Origin: Callorhinchus milii
Taxonomy: Eukaryota
DNA length: 64,000 nt
Reading direction: 5' to 3'
Assembly (NCBI RefSeq): GCF_018977255.1
Contig: NW_024704761.1
Coordinates: 1,860,001-1,924,000 of the forward strand
The translations under genes and the position numbers were made by a program. This document shows positions 46,101 to 59,900 of the stretch, in pieces. The number at the start of each line of letters is the position of its first letter. Positions within the stretch are counted from its first letter, which is position 1. A model generated the notes under the pieces. The model worked only from the letters and a program-made list of their open reading frames with translations, was not told where the DNA came from and ran no database searches.

Positions 46101-47211
46101 ACCAGGCAGTCTGCTGCCTCGCTTTCTCCGCCACCTGCAGATAGCGCTTGTAGCTGCGGTACTTCTCCAGCGAGTCCAGGTCGTTCACGTCAATCTCCTC
46201 GTTGGGCATCGGTCCCAGAGGAGGAACTCGTTCCTCAGAGAGGCCGAAACAGAGAAATGTCGAACGGCAGACTCTGCAAAGCATCCGGTTACCGGACTTT
46301 AGAAATTTACAGCGGAGAAGGGCAATCTTCCGACTCAACGGAGCCAGAGCGCTACCCCTGGGCCGGGCTGACACTAAATAATCCTCACATGTGACGTGGC
46401 ACCTCATCCCTTTGCCGTCTATCCTGCGAAGCGCTTTTGAGACGCCGGGAAGACGTGAAAAGACGCTGTATCAAATGTGAGGATCATCATCATCACCATC
46501 GTGTCAAAGCGCTTCTCAGGATATATCACAGAGTGGGAGTGACTGTGTGTGTGTTTTGCGTTGAGTCACCAACTCTCCGCGGGTCGTGGCTCTATGCAGA
46601 CGAATTATAATAATAATAATAATCCTTGCATTTGATATAGCGCTTTTCACGTCGGGAGGACGTCCCAAAGCGCTTCACAGAATATACTGTAAAGTGAATT
46701 GACTGTATATTTGTGGGTGAAGGCGACAGCCAATTGCGCACAGCAATGTCCCACAAACAGTCGTAGATTAAAAATGACCAATTTATTATTGTTTGGTTTT
46801 GGAGGATTATTATTAGGCTCTGTGTGGAGTAAGGAAACTTGCCCAAGGTTTCGCCCTCTGCCTGGAATTGAACTCAGGTCTCTCACTTGCACAGCGAGTG
46901 CTCTAACCACTGAGCCACAGGACTCCGTTATAGCCCATAAGCCACAGTCCGACATCAGCCCATTGTTGTATTTAACATAATTTATCATTAACAATAACAT
47001 ATTACACCGCATTTACAGCGCCTTATATTGTAGGTGGGTTCTAGGCCGGGAGGGGGGCGGGGGGGGGGCGGGGGGGGAGGCCTGGGTTACACACTGGGCC
47101 CTGGGTCCCCGCCCTCCCATTGGGACCCCTACCCGAGCCTGTGATGCTCCTCAGCGGCTCCCGCACCTGCGACCGCCCGACAGCGGCCCCGAGCCTGACC
47201 AGCGCCGCCAT
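43131..47211 (-). CDS. MRPL38: Mitochondrial ribosomal protein L38 (PEBP domain); 9 exons; apparent 1-nt frameshift in exon 2
   Basis: Exons 47211-47133, 46273-46068, 45528-45397, 45219-45014, 44487-44415, 44283-44238, 44020-43862, 43706-43570, 43267-43131. Motifs [91 protein letters not shown]...TYGIY*. Confidence 0.95.
46606..46926 (-). mobile_element. tRNA-derived SINE, complete copy (MRPL38 intron 1)
   Basis: Collinear and highly similar to the copy at 17041-17375. Confidence 0.9.
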
Positions 47212-47345
47212 CTTGTCCCGCCGCGCGTCCTCGGCCAGTCCGCCAGTATCCCGGCAGCCCCCGCGGGGGGAGGGAGGGGTAGGGGCGCGCCTTTTCACGC
47301 CCGATCGGGGCTTCTTTCACGCCCATTTGGGCGGGTTTGTGCTAT
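47040..47345 (-). promoter_or_regulatory. MRPL38 CpG-island promoter with YY1-type motif overlapping the start codon
   Basis: CpG-rich stretch. The minus strand reads CAAGATGGCGGCG across the ATG (about 47215-47203). CACGCCC/GGGCGG motifs at 47295-47335. Confidence 0.6.
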
Positions 47346-47934
47346 TCTGGGGCTATGAGCGAATTTTTTTAAAAAACCTTTTAATTTAAACCTGAAAAGG
47401 CTTTTTTTTCCCCCCTCTCCCCCTCCCTCTCTCTGTTGATCTTAGTAAAGTCTTTAGAGCGTCTGTTGGGTCGATTTGGGCTACAGACGGATTTTTTAAT
47501 CGCATCCATTTAATTGTTGATTTCGCTTCCAACACACCCCTGAGGTTTACTGAATGGTGAATTGGACTTAAATGGACTGTTCTTTCACAGACCCGCGACG
47601 GAGCCGAACGGATTTCTTCCGTGCTGGTTAAGTTTCTCTGGAGGTGCTTCAGTGTGACGTGCGCTATGTCGAGGATGATTATTCCGACTGAATCACAGAG
47701 AAATCTTGCAACAGAAATGTTTTGTGGAATCAGGAAGATGCATCGTTATACTGCGCTTCGTTGTCTACAAAAAGGTTTATAAATGGAAAAAAAATACAGT
47801 TTATACATTGCAGTGTTTTCAAAATAAAGGACTGTACAATTATCACAGCATTGATTGTATGCAAAGAATTTATAGCAACTTGAGCGGTCCTCCCGGAGGG
47901 TCAGAAAGGACAAAGGTGCTGGTCACGTCTGATT

Positions 47935-50900
47935 TCATGCCAGTTGGGACGGCGTATTGTACGGAGCTTGCTTTAATGTCGCCAGAAATAACTGTTCATC
48001 TTCAAGGAAATCCTGGTCCTATGAAAAAAAAGGAAGATAAGAATAATTTATTTCACACGTTTCGCCCACAAAATATACAGTCACTGCACTTCACAGTATA
48101 TTCTGTGAAGCGCTTTGAGACGCCTCGAAGATGTGATAAGGCGCTATATCAAATACAAGGATTATTGTTCTTACTTATAGACTGACACTGGACTGAATCT
48201 ACACCAGCCTGACCTGTGCTGCGTCACCTCAGACCATGCCGACCCACAGTGACCTGGGCTGGCTCGCTCAGAACGGACTGAACCCACTTTGGACTGTGAT
48301 CTCTTCACCACCCCGGCTGCGTGTGTGGTACAGAGCATCAGTGCTGTGCCAGTCCGGCTCCTTCACCAGCACCCTCCTCACCCTGTGCTGATTCACACTG
48401 AGTGCCCAGGGGAGCGCCCCCTTCACTAACCTTCGCAGCCGTGTGCTTGAAAAGAGCGAGTTTGGCCTCCAGCTCCGAAGGCCCAGCTCCCACGACCGGT
48501 TGAAGACTCCCATCTTCTCGAGAATTCCCAGGCATTCCAAACAGATTGTTCCCGAGTCCCGGGGTAAAATCTGAAGAGACGAGGAGCAGAGTTCAGATCC
48601 TGCTCTGGGTTTCTGCCTGTCTTGCCTGCCTTAGAACCAGTTACTGTTTGTGAGAAACTGCTGTGCGCAATTGGCTGCCGCGTTTCGCCCACAATTCACT
48701 TTACAGTGTATCCTGTGAAGCGCTTTGAGTCGTCTCGAAGACGTGATAAGGCGCTATAGCAAACGCCAGGATTAATATATTGGATGCAAGGATTATTATT
48801 ACTACGTAATAGTCTCACTGATCGCTCTTCCTGCTCATTGTCTCACAAAGTAACTGACCAGGCTGTAAGTGTGGGGTACAGTAATACTGTATCACACACA
48901 GCTCACCAGTATGGACTCGGCTTACAGTGAGGCACTTACAGGGAAGGCTGGCCAGTGGCTGAGCACTGCCCGCTGGCCCCAGGGAGGCGCTGGGAATCCG
49001 CGTGTCGATGCCGGCCGGCCCTGGCCGTCGCTGGTGCTGGGTTAGGTTCAGTCGCTGCTGGAAACACATTGAGAGGACAAATGTCAGCTTCTCCGCTCGT
49101 CCCCATCCAGCCTCTTCTCAGAGGGCTGTGCCTTTGTACTGAGCGGTTACACGCTCATTACCGTTAGATTGTGAAATAATACCCCACCTCCCCCACCAGC
49201 TGTTCCCCTCCCACTCCCTGACCACCAGCTTTGCCCGCACACCCTGTAGTACCTGTAGTAGCTGTTCCTCCTGCTGCTGGAGTCTCTCCATCTTTTGCTG
49301 AATGGCCTGCAGTCGGGTCTGGTGCTCACCCTCCACCTGTTTAGCCTGTAGCAGCGCCCGTTCCCCTTCCTCATACTTCTGAGAGGCAATCTGCGTGGGA
49401 CAGGAATACAGCAGACACTTACAAGAGGTTATATGACACAATCACTCACAAAATACACACAGCCAATTCACTATACAGTACATCCAGTGAAGCGCTTTGA
49501 GACGTCTCAATGATGTGATGAGGCGCTGTATCAAATGCAAGGATGATTATTATTATTATTATTAGTGAAACAATCGGAGTGAAAGACAGAGAAACAGGAG
49601 GTGCACACACCTTGCTCATACCCTCTATCTCTTCAGCTTTCTGCCGGATGCGGACTGCCATGTCATTAACCCTTTCCTTCTCTTTCTCCAGCTCACGCCT
49701 CTCGCTCTCCACTGCCTCTCGCTCTCTGGCGAGCTGCTCCTCTTTGGATTTGATTTCAGAGGCTTTTAGCTTCATCTCAGCCTGTTCCTACAGGGGAATA
49801 ATGTATTGGCAGTATTGTTGGGTCAGTGCAGAGAGCATCAAACACTCCCAGACACAGTACACAGCATTGGGTCAGTGCTCGAAATGCCCACGTTTCCCCT
49901 CGCCCTCCCCTCTCCCCCACCCCGGCCAAGGCATTATTCACCGTGAAGGTGTAAATGTAAGTTGTTGGGTGCCTATTAATGGTGTTTATCACGGCGAACA
50001 CAGGGACGGGAACCATCACCAGATCTCACCGCGCGCAGCCGCTGCTCTGCTCGCTTACCTTAGCCAGGCCGAAGATGGCGCCTTCCTGCTGCGCGCTGAG
50101 CTGTAGTGCCCGGCGGGAGTCCTGCTCCACGCGCTCCTGCCTCAGCTTGTGCTGCGTGTGATACTCTGCCCACTCGCTGGCCAGCTTGCGCCGCTCCTCC
50201 GCACAGCGCTGCATCACAGACTGCTGCTCCTCCAGCAAGGCATTCTGCCGGGCAACCGGAGTGGCAACGTCAAGCCCAGAGACATCCCCACTCGATCCCC
50301 TCCACAAGGGTGACCCAGCCGTTTTGCTGGCATTTGTTTCCCATCCCCACACGACCCCGGAGCGAGAGGTGGCGATGGTGAGGAGTTCCTGGGCTTTGAG
50401 CAGTGACATTGAAGAACGGGATTCATACCCCAGTCAGGCTGGGCTGGAATATGCGGACCTGCCTGGCTCAGGAACCGGACTAGAGACTGTCAGAGGATTG
50501 ACTTGATTCTGACATTCCTTTCCTGAACATTGCCATCTTGGAGCCAGTCCCTGCGAACTGAAGCCCTGACAAGTCGGATGGTCCGAGCTGGACAAGCAGG
50601 GAGTCGTTTTACTAGCCAATGCTTTCAAAGGAAAGTCATACATTTGTACACGGATACCCATGACTGTAATGAGCCGGGTGTCTGACACCCCTATATTCCC
50701 AGTGAGTTGTACAGTTAGCCTCTTACCTTTGCCCTCTCCAGCTCCTCTCTTTCAATGGCAAAGTGCTGGCTCATAATCCTTCTCTCCTCGGCCAGCGATC
50801 TCTGCACAGACTCCACCTTGGTTTGCTCTGCCACTGCTCTCCAGCGCTCCTGGTGAGGATCAGAGGACACAAGAGCAGTGAAAGCCAGCAACCCAGCCTC

Positions 50901-53900
50901 ATCTAACAGGCGACAGCAACAACAACTACTTGCATTTATCTTTCAGGCAGAGTTAGAAATCTAGAAATCTACAGCGCTGTAGACGGCCATTCAGCCAATC
51001 GACACCCCGCTGGATTATTACCCCCGGGAGAGCAATCCGCCAATCGACTAACAATGGGGTCCCTATTTACTGCTAAGTAAATAGAGGCGTGTGTGTGTGC
51101 GTGTGGAGTAAGGAAACTTGCCCAACATTTTGCCCGGCCCGGGAATCGAACACAGGTCCTCTCTCTTTCGAGGTGAGTGTTCTAAGTAACTGGTACTAGC
51201 TCCCAGCCTCTCTACTCGCTGCCAGCCAGGCCCTGGCTCTGTGTCCTGCGCTCAGGTCCTCACCTTCTCAAGAAGCCGCGTCTGTTCGTTCAGCCTGATC
51301 TCCATCTTGGTGATGACCTCCTGCAGACGCACTCGCTCCTCCTCCAAGTCTCTCTGCTGAGCCTGTAGCCGCTCCTGCTGGGCTGAGAGCAGGGAGACAG
51401 TCAGACCCTCGGCAACCTCTGGCTTCAGCTCTTTGCTGACCACAACTCCAATGCCCGATTCCGGATAAATCCATCACAGATTAACCCGTCAAGTGTGGGA
51501 TTGCTCTTGCAACTCAAGAGAGTGTCGTGTGCACATGGTGGCGAGGAGTGCACACCACACTGGGAGGCAGGGAGGGAGGGAGGGAGGGAGGGAGGCAGGG
51601 AGTCTGTGACAGACAGAGATATCCCGTTTGTGTGCAGGGTATAGTTACCTCGATGCTGTGCTTCTCTCTGCCGTGAGTTGAACTCGATCTCCTGTGAGGT
51701 GTTGTGATGAGTGCTCTCCACTTTGCAGGAGAGGTCGTTCATCTTCCTGGAGAAGGCTTCCATCTGCTCGATCACACCATTGAGAGACCTGCAGCAGAGA
51801 GAGGTGGGAATGGAACTCCCCCAACGCTCCGCGCGGGCCCATGAGATCCCAGTGTTTAGTGAAGGCCAGAGGATCATTAACACATTGACAACTCAGTTCT
51901 CAGCTGCCCCCTGGTGTTACTGCCCTCTCTGCGAGGGTGAAGGTGGGTGGGTGGGGGGGGGTTGGAAAGTTACCTGGTGTGAGAGGTGGCACTGGTCACC
52001 GCGTCGATCTCCTGCTCCTTCAGAAGCCTCACGCGCTCCAGCTGCTCCTCGTGGTCTCTCCGCATTTCAACGATCGACTGCCTGGTCTCAAAAGTCAACA
52101 CTCATGAAACTCGTGAACAAAACCCAGCTCTGTAACTCGCTCCGTTAAAAGATGGTTCCCTTCCCTTGCTCACACCTTGTGGGTTAGATAATGCCTGGGA
52201 TCGGGTCTGCCTGTACTATGTAGAAGTGGCCAACCTGTATCTCATCGTAAAATGACAACTCGGTAGCCCTCTTGCCTCTGAGTCAAAAGGTTATGGGTTC
52301 AAGCCCCACGTCAGGACTTTGAGCTCAGTCTAGGCTGACGCTCCAGCACAGCCCTAGGCTGTCACATTCGCCAACAAAGAAAACACAGTTGCTACACTTT
52401 ATAGTAGACCCTGTGAAGGACTGTGAGACGTCCTCCCGACGTGAAAGACGTCTGTATCAAATGTAAGGATTACTTATTGAGTGTCTCACCGCTGGAGCTC
52501 CCTGATCCTCTCCATCTCCCTGGCTTTCTCCTGATCAGACTCTGTGAGCCTGCGCTGGTGCTGAGCGATCAGTTGGGATCTCTCCTGATCCAGGCTGTGT
52601 TGTCGGGTCACGTGCCGGTTGGCCAGCTCCTGGTTCTCCTCCTGTAGCCTGGCCTCCCGCCCCTGCCACAGCTCCTCCAGCACCTTCAGCCGCTTCCTGA
52701 GGGACAGCCAGAGGGAACGTCACTGACTCAATCTCGCTCTCACGACCACCGTGAGAGCAGACATGACACCCATGCGAGCGAGACAATGACCCTGAAATAT
52801 GTGACACCCCAACCCTTCCCCTCCGCCATTGCAATACTCTTCCCACTGAACCGATCCACGCCATCTCAGTCATCATCAAGTGCCTGCCCTTGTCCAGAAC
52901 TCCTTCCCTCGGAGAGCGCTGTACCAAAGATTTTTTAAAATTATTCCTGCAAACACTCATTTGTATTACTCTTACGAACAACAATAAATGACACACGTAT
53001 AAAGCGCCTTTCATGTTGGGAGGACGGCCCAGGGCGCTGGACTTCGGAGTGAAGGGTTTCCAGCCCGAATACACGTGCGTGCAATACAATCGCGCGTACC
53101 CTCACACTCCAGCGGTCTCAGGCGTGTCGGGACACACACGTGCCTGCGCGCTGAGCGGAGCATGGGTCCTGCCTCACCTGTGAGCGTCCTCGAGCAGCTG
53201 GCTGTCCTCCTCGTGTCGCTGTTGGAGACTCTCCATCAGGACTCCCTGCTGCTCTCGCTCCAGCTCCAGCTTCCGCACCTCACAAGCGAGCACACAATCA
53301 CTGCGATTCACGTTCACAATGCCAGGTTTACACAGAGAATAACAGAACACGTGTCGCGAATATCAGGGAAAGGGAGGCGGGAGGCCTAAAACCTCCTCAA
53401 GCCAGCTCTCAGCAGTGCCGGAGCCATTTGTGTCTGACGCGAGCTGAAGTGGAGGGATGGTCCTGGATTGGTGTGTTGGTGTGTGTGTGTGTTGGGGGTG
53501 GGCGGGGGGGCACGGTTGTGGGGGGTGGGGGTTGGGGTGGCGTCCCAGAGCGAGCTCATACCAGTATAAAGACGTTTCCTACCAGTGAATGTCAAAAGAT
53601 ACAATCTTTGTGCAGAGAGAAGTGAAGGGCAATGTCAGATTTATAGTGAAACACAATGTACCAACGGGGACGGCGTGTGGAGGGGGTTGAGGGGGGGGGC
53701 AGGCGGGGAATCAGAGACAGCACGACGAGCCGGGACCGGGAATAGTTACCCACGCACAGCGACCTCTGTATTACCTGACTCTGGAGCTCGACGATGGTGG
53801 CCTCAGCTCTCTGGAGGCTCATCTGCTGCTCGGCCTCCATGATCCTCAGCTGGTTCTGCAGGCTCAGAGTCTCTGAGGCCTTCACACCCGCCCGGGTGTC

Positions 53901-56900
53901 AGTCGCAGGCAGAGCCGTGGGCTGCCCATGCGGAGGTTCCCAGGGAAACGAGGAGCTGCTGGTGGGGAAATAATGCAGAGGATTAGATTTTTTTTTCGGG
54001 TGGGGGGAGGCAGGAGGGTCAGCCGGGTGTCTGAAATGTCTGGAAACTCATCGCCATTGTTCAAGAGCCTCCAGACCAGGCTGAGATTTCCATGCCTCCC
54101 ACCTACACGTGGAAATCCCAGAGACAGATTGTTGAATGGAATGGGTGGACCCAAGCCCACATGGTCCAAAGGGGAGACTGTACCAGGATACAGTGCAGAG
54201 GGGAACAGACCGGCACAATCTCTCTCCGCTTCTGCACATATCTTTGTACAGCTCTGTTGTTGACGGTGAGCTAACAGCTAACAGCCCGAGCTAACGGCTC
54301 CCTGTACTTACTCAGTGTCTCTGGCTTCCCCGGGTCTCCTCTCGCTCGCTGCCTCCGAGGGGGCTTCAGCAGGCGGCCGGCCACGAACACCGAGCGAGGC
54401 CCTCGCCCTGATATTCAACACGAACAATAACAAGAACAGACGTGTGTCAGGGAGAGAGACATGGTGACAGCGGGGTGTGTCAGTGTTACTGACAGCACAG
54501 CTGGGTCTAACTCCCCGCACTCTGTTCAGGCCTTACCGTGAAGATGGTTGGACGCGAGCTCCATCCCCCAGCCCCGCGAGCGATGAATCCCCGGCCTGAG
54601 CCTTCTTGCGGGCCAGAGCCCCCGCCAGCCAATCAGCTTCTCTTCCCCCCGGTGCAGATGGTGTGGACGGTGTGGACCCCCGTTGGAGCTCAACGCTGGG
54701 TTTAGCCGCGGAGACTGGCCGGTCTGTGTGGGGAGGCTGGCTGGGGGCGGCAGGAGCTGGCAGGGCAGGGTCTGACTCGGCCCTGTTTAAGGGAGTTCCT
54801 CTCTGTGGCCCCAGGTCGAGGGGCTCCTCGTCCTTCAGGCCCAGCCAGTCCCCCGCACTCTTACTGCTGCGGAGCCGTGTGGGAGTGGGCGGGGACGGAG
54901 CAGATGATTTCAGCTTCTGATCCGGAAAGGAGTCTCCCTCGTCAACCGGGCTGAACCTACAAAAGATATAGAAACGCGGAGACCGTTCACACCCCCTCAG
55001 AGCACCTCAGTCGCCAATCGAGTAACAACGGGGTTCCTACTTACTGCCGGGTAAACAGCCACGCGTGTGGAGTAAGGAAACTTGCCTAAGGTTTCGCACC
55101 ACCTTCAAATCGAGCACGGGTCCTCTCGCTAGCGAAAACGAGCGTGCTAACCACTACGCTTCAGGACTTCGCACTGTGTGGTTTGTGGGCGAAACACGGC
55201 AGCTGATCACGCACAGCGATTGAAGTCTCTCCTGTGGGGGGGGGTGTGATACTGACGTACCTGACCGATTGCCGTCGGGATTGCCGGCCCTCTGGGGTAG
55301 TGGCCACTGTGGGCTGGTAAGAGCCAAAGGTGAAGTCGTCCAACAACTCCTCCTTCTCTTCTAGAGCCAAAAGAGAGACTAGTTACTCCTACAACAACAA
55401 CAACTTGCGTTTATCCTCCTCATGCAGGATAGCGTCCCAGAGCTCTTGAACACGACAACTCAACAGCAACTGCAACAGGACAACTCAAGAGCAAAGACTC
55501 ACTGGAGCTCAGAATGGAGGCTGACCCTATGCTGAGGGAGTGTTTCCTCGTGCAGTGTGGCATCCTTCAGCTGAGACAGTGAACCCAGTCCCTGTCCGTC
55601 TCTGGTCACTCAAGAGAACAGCTGAAAGAATCAGCGGCCGACAGCATTGGGATTCGTGGCTTCTACTCTTGAGCCTCTCCAACCGCCCAAACGTTATTGG
55701 ACCCTTTGGTACTGCGAGGTTTAATAATAATAATAATAATCCTTGCATTTGATATAGCTCCTTATCAATTCTTCGAGACATCTCAAAGCGCTTCACAGGA
55801 TATACCATAAAGTGGAGTGACTGCGTATTTGTGGGCGAAATGTGGCAGCCAATTGCGCACAGCAGCGTCCCACAAACAGTCATAGAGTGAGTGACCGTAT
55901 TTTTTTTCAAAGGGATTATTAGCTCCGGAAAGAGATCCGGCAATCGACTAACAACCAATTAACTTGCGGTAAGTAGGGTTCCTCTCTCTTGCGAGGCGAG
56001 CATGCTAACCACTACGCTAAGGGGCTCCACGAGGTTTTCACCTTGAATCCGATTTCTGCTTCCCTGAGTTGAGAGCAGAGCACGGCGACCTGACGGCTGA
56101 GGAATGCCGGGATCTCCGGTCTGGGATCGGGATTCGTGCCACTCCTCACCTTGTGTTTTCTTGTATTTTGGATCCAATTTAAACTCCTTCTGCTCGGCAG
56201 TCGGGGGACGCTCCAGGAGCTTGCTAGCTGTCCCTCTCCCCAGTAATTCATCCAGCTTGGATCGGGCAGGACGCAGTCCCTCTCTAGCACAAAGAGAGGA
56301 GGATTCGGCTGTCAGCCTGGCTCAGTCACTAACACGCTCGCCTCAGTGTCAAGAGGGTTGTGGGTTCAAGCCTCACGTTGGGACCAACCTTTTTTTTTAA
56401 CCAACCTCCCTCCACTCGGCAGGCAGTGGCTGCTCCACGTCCCCCGCCCTGCCCGCTTCACCATCTGCAGTCAGGCTTTCCGCCTTTCTGCCCCCACCCT
56501 CTGGAACTCCATCCCGGAGACCCTCTGCCTCGCCCTGTCCCTCACCTCTTTCAAGGTCCATCTCAAGACCTTCCTCTGTAACCGTGCCTTCGGTCACAGG
56601 GAGTGGGGCTGCGCAGGGAAAAGCTGACACAGACTCTAAACAGACGCTCCTCCCTCGGCACACTTACTCCTCGCCTCTCTTCGCCATTTCCTTGTTGGCT
56701 TTGAGGCCATCGCCGAACCCGAGTGCGTCCATGAGGTCATCGCCATCATCGAAGGTCAGCTCCTCTTTCCTGTGAGGGGTGGACGTGGGCGGAGCGGAGG
56801 CTGGGCTGGAGGACACTGTGAGAAACGGAGCCAATCGCAGTCACAATAAGTCAATCAACCGCTCACCCACCAACACAACTCGTCCGTCTCTCACACAGCA

Positions 56901-59900
56901 CCTTTAATTGGTCCTTAACAACTTATGGCTGTCTGTGGGGACTCAGCTGTTGGCCCGCGACTCTCCCTCCAAGGTTGAACAGTCTGGCGACATTCGCTCT
57001 CTGGTCCACACGTGAGGAACGGTCCCTCTGAGAGCTCAGGAGCACCAGGGAGGCAGCGCTCTCTGGCACACAGGACGGGCAGAAAATAAGATAAAAAATA
57101 CTCCTGCTCCCAGCGGAACACGTTTCCCCATTACCTTTCTCCTCTTTCTTCGTCACATCCAGCTCCGCACTGCGAACGCTCCGTTGCTTCCCGGGAATCG
57201 CCGGCTTATTCGGTTCGCTTTCCTCATCGGATAGAATGCCGGCCAGCGGGTCATCCATGTCTGGGATGGAGATGGGAATCGGAACGTTACACGGGTCAGC
57301 GATGAGCATGTATCACCGAGTACGTGGGGAACGGTGGCTTTGCTGGGGGCGTGACTGTGCTTGGGGTGTGGCTGCGCTGGGGTGTGGCTGTGCTGGGGCG
57401 TGGCTGCGCTGGGGCCAGGCACATAAACAGATCCAGGAAGTCCATCAGGATGCCCTAACTCACCGTTGAAGGTGAATTTCTTGTATGGACGCCCAGAGGA
57501 AGCGACTGGCTTCTCATCCTGACCAGGAACATCTGCAGCAACAACAATAATTGGCATTTATATAACAATAATATATATACATATACGTCTTCTACATAAA
57601 GCCACCACGCAGAGCGTGATGGGGACTTACGTGAGGTGTTTACAGGCAGCCGAAGCGATAGCACTGGGAGACTGCAATCTTTGGAAAAGTATAGCTTCAA
57701 AATGAGATCCTCCGCGTTTCAGTTACTCTTGGGGGAAAAACGAATGAAGAATAAGTATAGGAACAAAGGGACAGGAGTAGGCCATTCAGCCCCTCGAGCC
57801 TGTTCCGCCATTCTATTAGATCACGGTTGAACTATACCTCAACTCCAAAATGTGGGTGAAACTACAAACGCACAGTCACTACACTCAGCGCTTGCAAAGG
57901 GTTTAGAGACTTTTGACGTTAAAGGGGAAGATCAAAATAGATTTAATACCCACAGTATCAAATCTAAACAAATTCCCCCCACACCCAATGGCCACCATCA
58001 CCCCCCGAGTACACACTCACCCCCCCCCCCACTCCCCACTGGGGGTCACCACCCCCAAGGGCACACTCACACACACACCTGAGGGAACCCTCTACCTCAA
58101 GACACACTCACTCCCGCACAGGACTGTCTGTACCTTTGGCTGCTCTGCTCTGGGGTGATGGTGGTTTGGAGGATGCTGTGACTGCTGTCTGGCTCGGGGA
58201 CGGACTGGCTTTCTTCCCTTTGCTGAAGAGATCGGCGTCCATGTCCTCGATGTCCTGCACACAGAGAGCACCCTGTTGCCTGAACAACAACTTGCATTTA
58301 TATAGCCCTTCACGCCAGATGGCGTCAGTCATGCTGTACAGTGCGTAGCCATTTTCTTCCCTGACCATTGGGGGGATTCGAGCCCACGGACTCCGGGTTA
58401 CTGGCCCAGTAACGTTACCACGACACCACCGTTTCCTCCCCGACACGTGACGAGTCTCTGGGACTTCCGAAAGGTGATGACACACTCTTCCCCTCGCACC
58501 ACAAGAACAACTTGCTCCTTATTATTCACTGCAGGTCACGGAACTGCTTCCCCGCACTTACCTTCATACTGTCCAACAAAGCCTGAGGGTCAGCTTCGGA
58601 CACTTCCGACTCCTACACAAGGAAAACATCGTCAGCGTTGGCCTGGCAGCAATCATTCATCCCCACTCTGTCCATCAGCGTCAGCTTGTGACCACAGCTT
58701 TCTTTAATGCCTCTTTCCCGTGACGGGTTTGCCCGTCAGCGACCCCCACCGATAAAAAGAAGCCGAATTCCCTACCACCTCACGGCTAACACATCCCAGT
58801 GCACACGTACATGCACAACCAAACGCCCACACTTGTGCACGCACATGCACCCGTGCGGGCCCGCATAAGTTTCTCTACGAAAGAGCTGTGTGTGTGTGTG
58901 CGTGTGTGTCAGTGAAAGGCATTCTCACCTCATTGTCCTGGTCAGCCTCCTGTGCCAAATTACTGAAGAAATCATCATCCAACAATGACCTGATTCAGAA
59001 TACAATCATAGCATTAACCCCTTCACATAACAATAATAATCTTTGCATTGAATATAGCGTCTTATTATGCCGCTGAGACGTCGCAAAGCACTTCACAAGA
59101 TACACTGTAAAATGAATTGACTGTGAGGGCTGACCCCAAAATATTCACTGGGGGATGGACAGGGGGAATTTGGTGCAAGAGCGGTGGCCTCAGTGAGGAG
59201 AGGGTGCGTGTGAGGACTGAGGGCAAAGGTGCTGGAGGTCACTGTGCTCAGTGTGGTTGCTGGTTGCCTGTGAGCGGCACCAACTCTCACACTTACCTTT
59301 TGCCGGTTCGCGGTGGCCTGGCCGGCCTCCCGGGGCCGCTGCCGGCTCGTGGAGCTGTGTAACCAGGCTTCGTGGGCGAGTCGTCTGTCAGCACAAAGCG
59401 AGGGACAGGAAAAAGGATCAGCACCCGCTCGGCTCCCCACACAAAGTTAGCAGATTGAGGCGACTGTGTGAGGAAGTATAACTGCTGCAGTGAGCTCTGA
59501 CGCAGACTTTGTAAAAGCCAGTGTAACGGTGGTCAGTATAACTGTGGATAGTGTAACAGTAGTTAATATATGGAAGTTAGTATAAAGGTGGTTAGTATAA
59601 CCAGCTGGTTGTGAATACGCATTGAATGGAATCGTACCATCTTCACCGAGAAGGTCACCCAGCACATCATCAATCGAGTCTGAAACAGACAGAGACACAT
59701 GAGAGGCTGCCCCAGCTAACACCTTACCCCACCGTTACAGTCAAACACTGTCCAGAGACACTCGGCCAGAAGAGCACATGTAAAGGAGCCTGTGAGCCAG
59801 ACACAGAGTCCTGCTGAAGAACAAGAGACAGTCACAGCGAAGGGCAACACACATCCCAACTCTTCACTGTGCAACGCTCTGAGACACTATCCTGCGTGAA

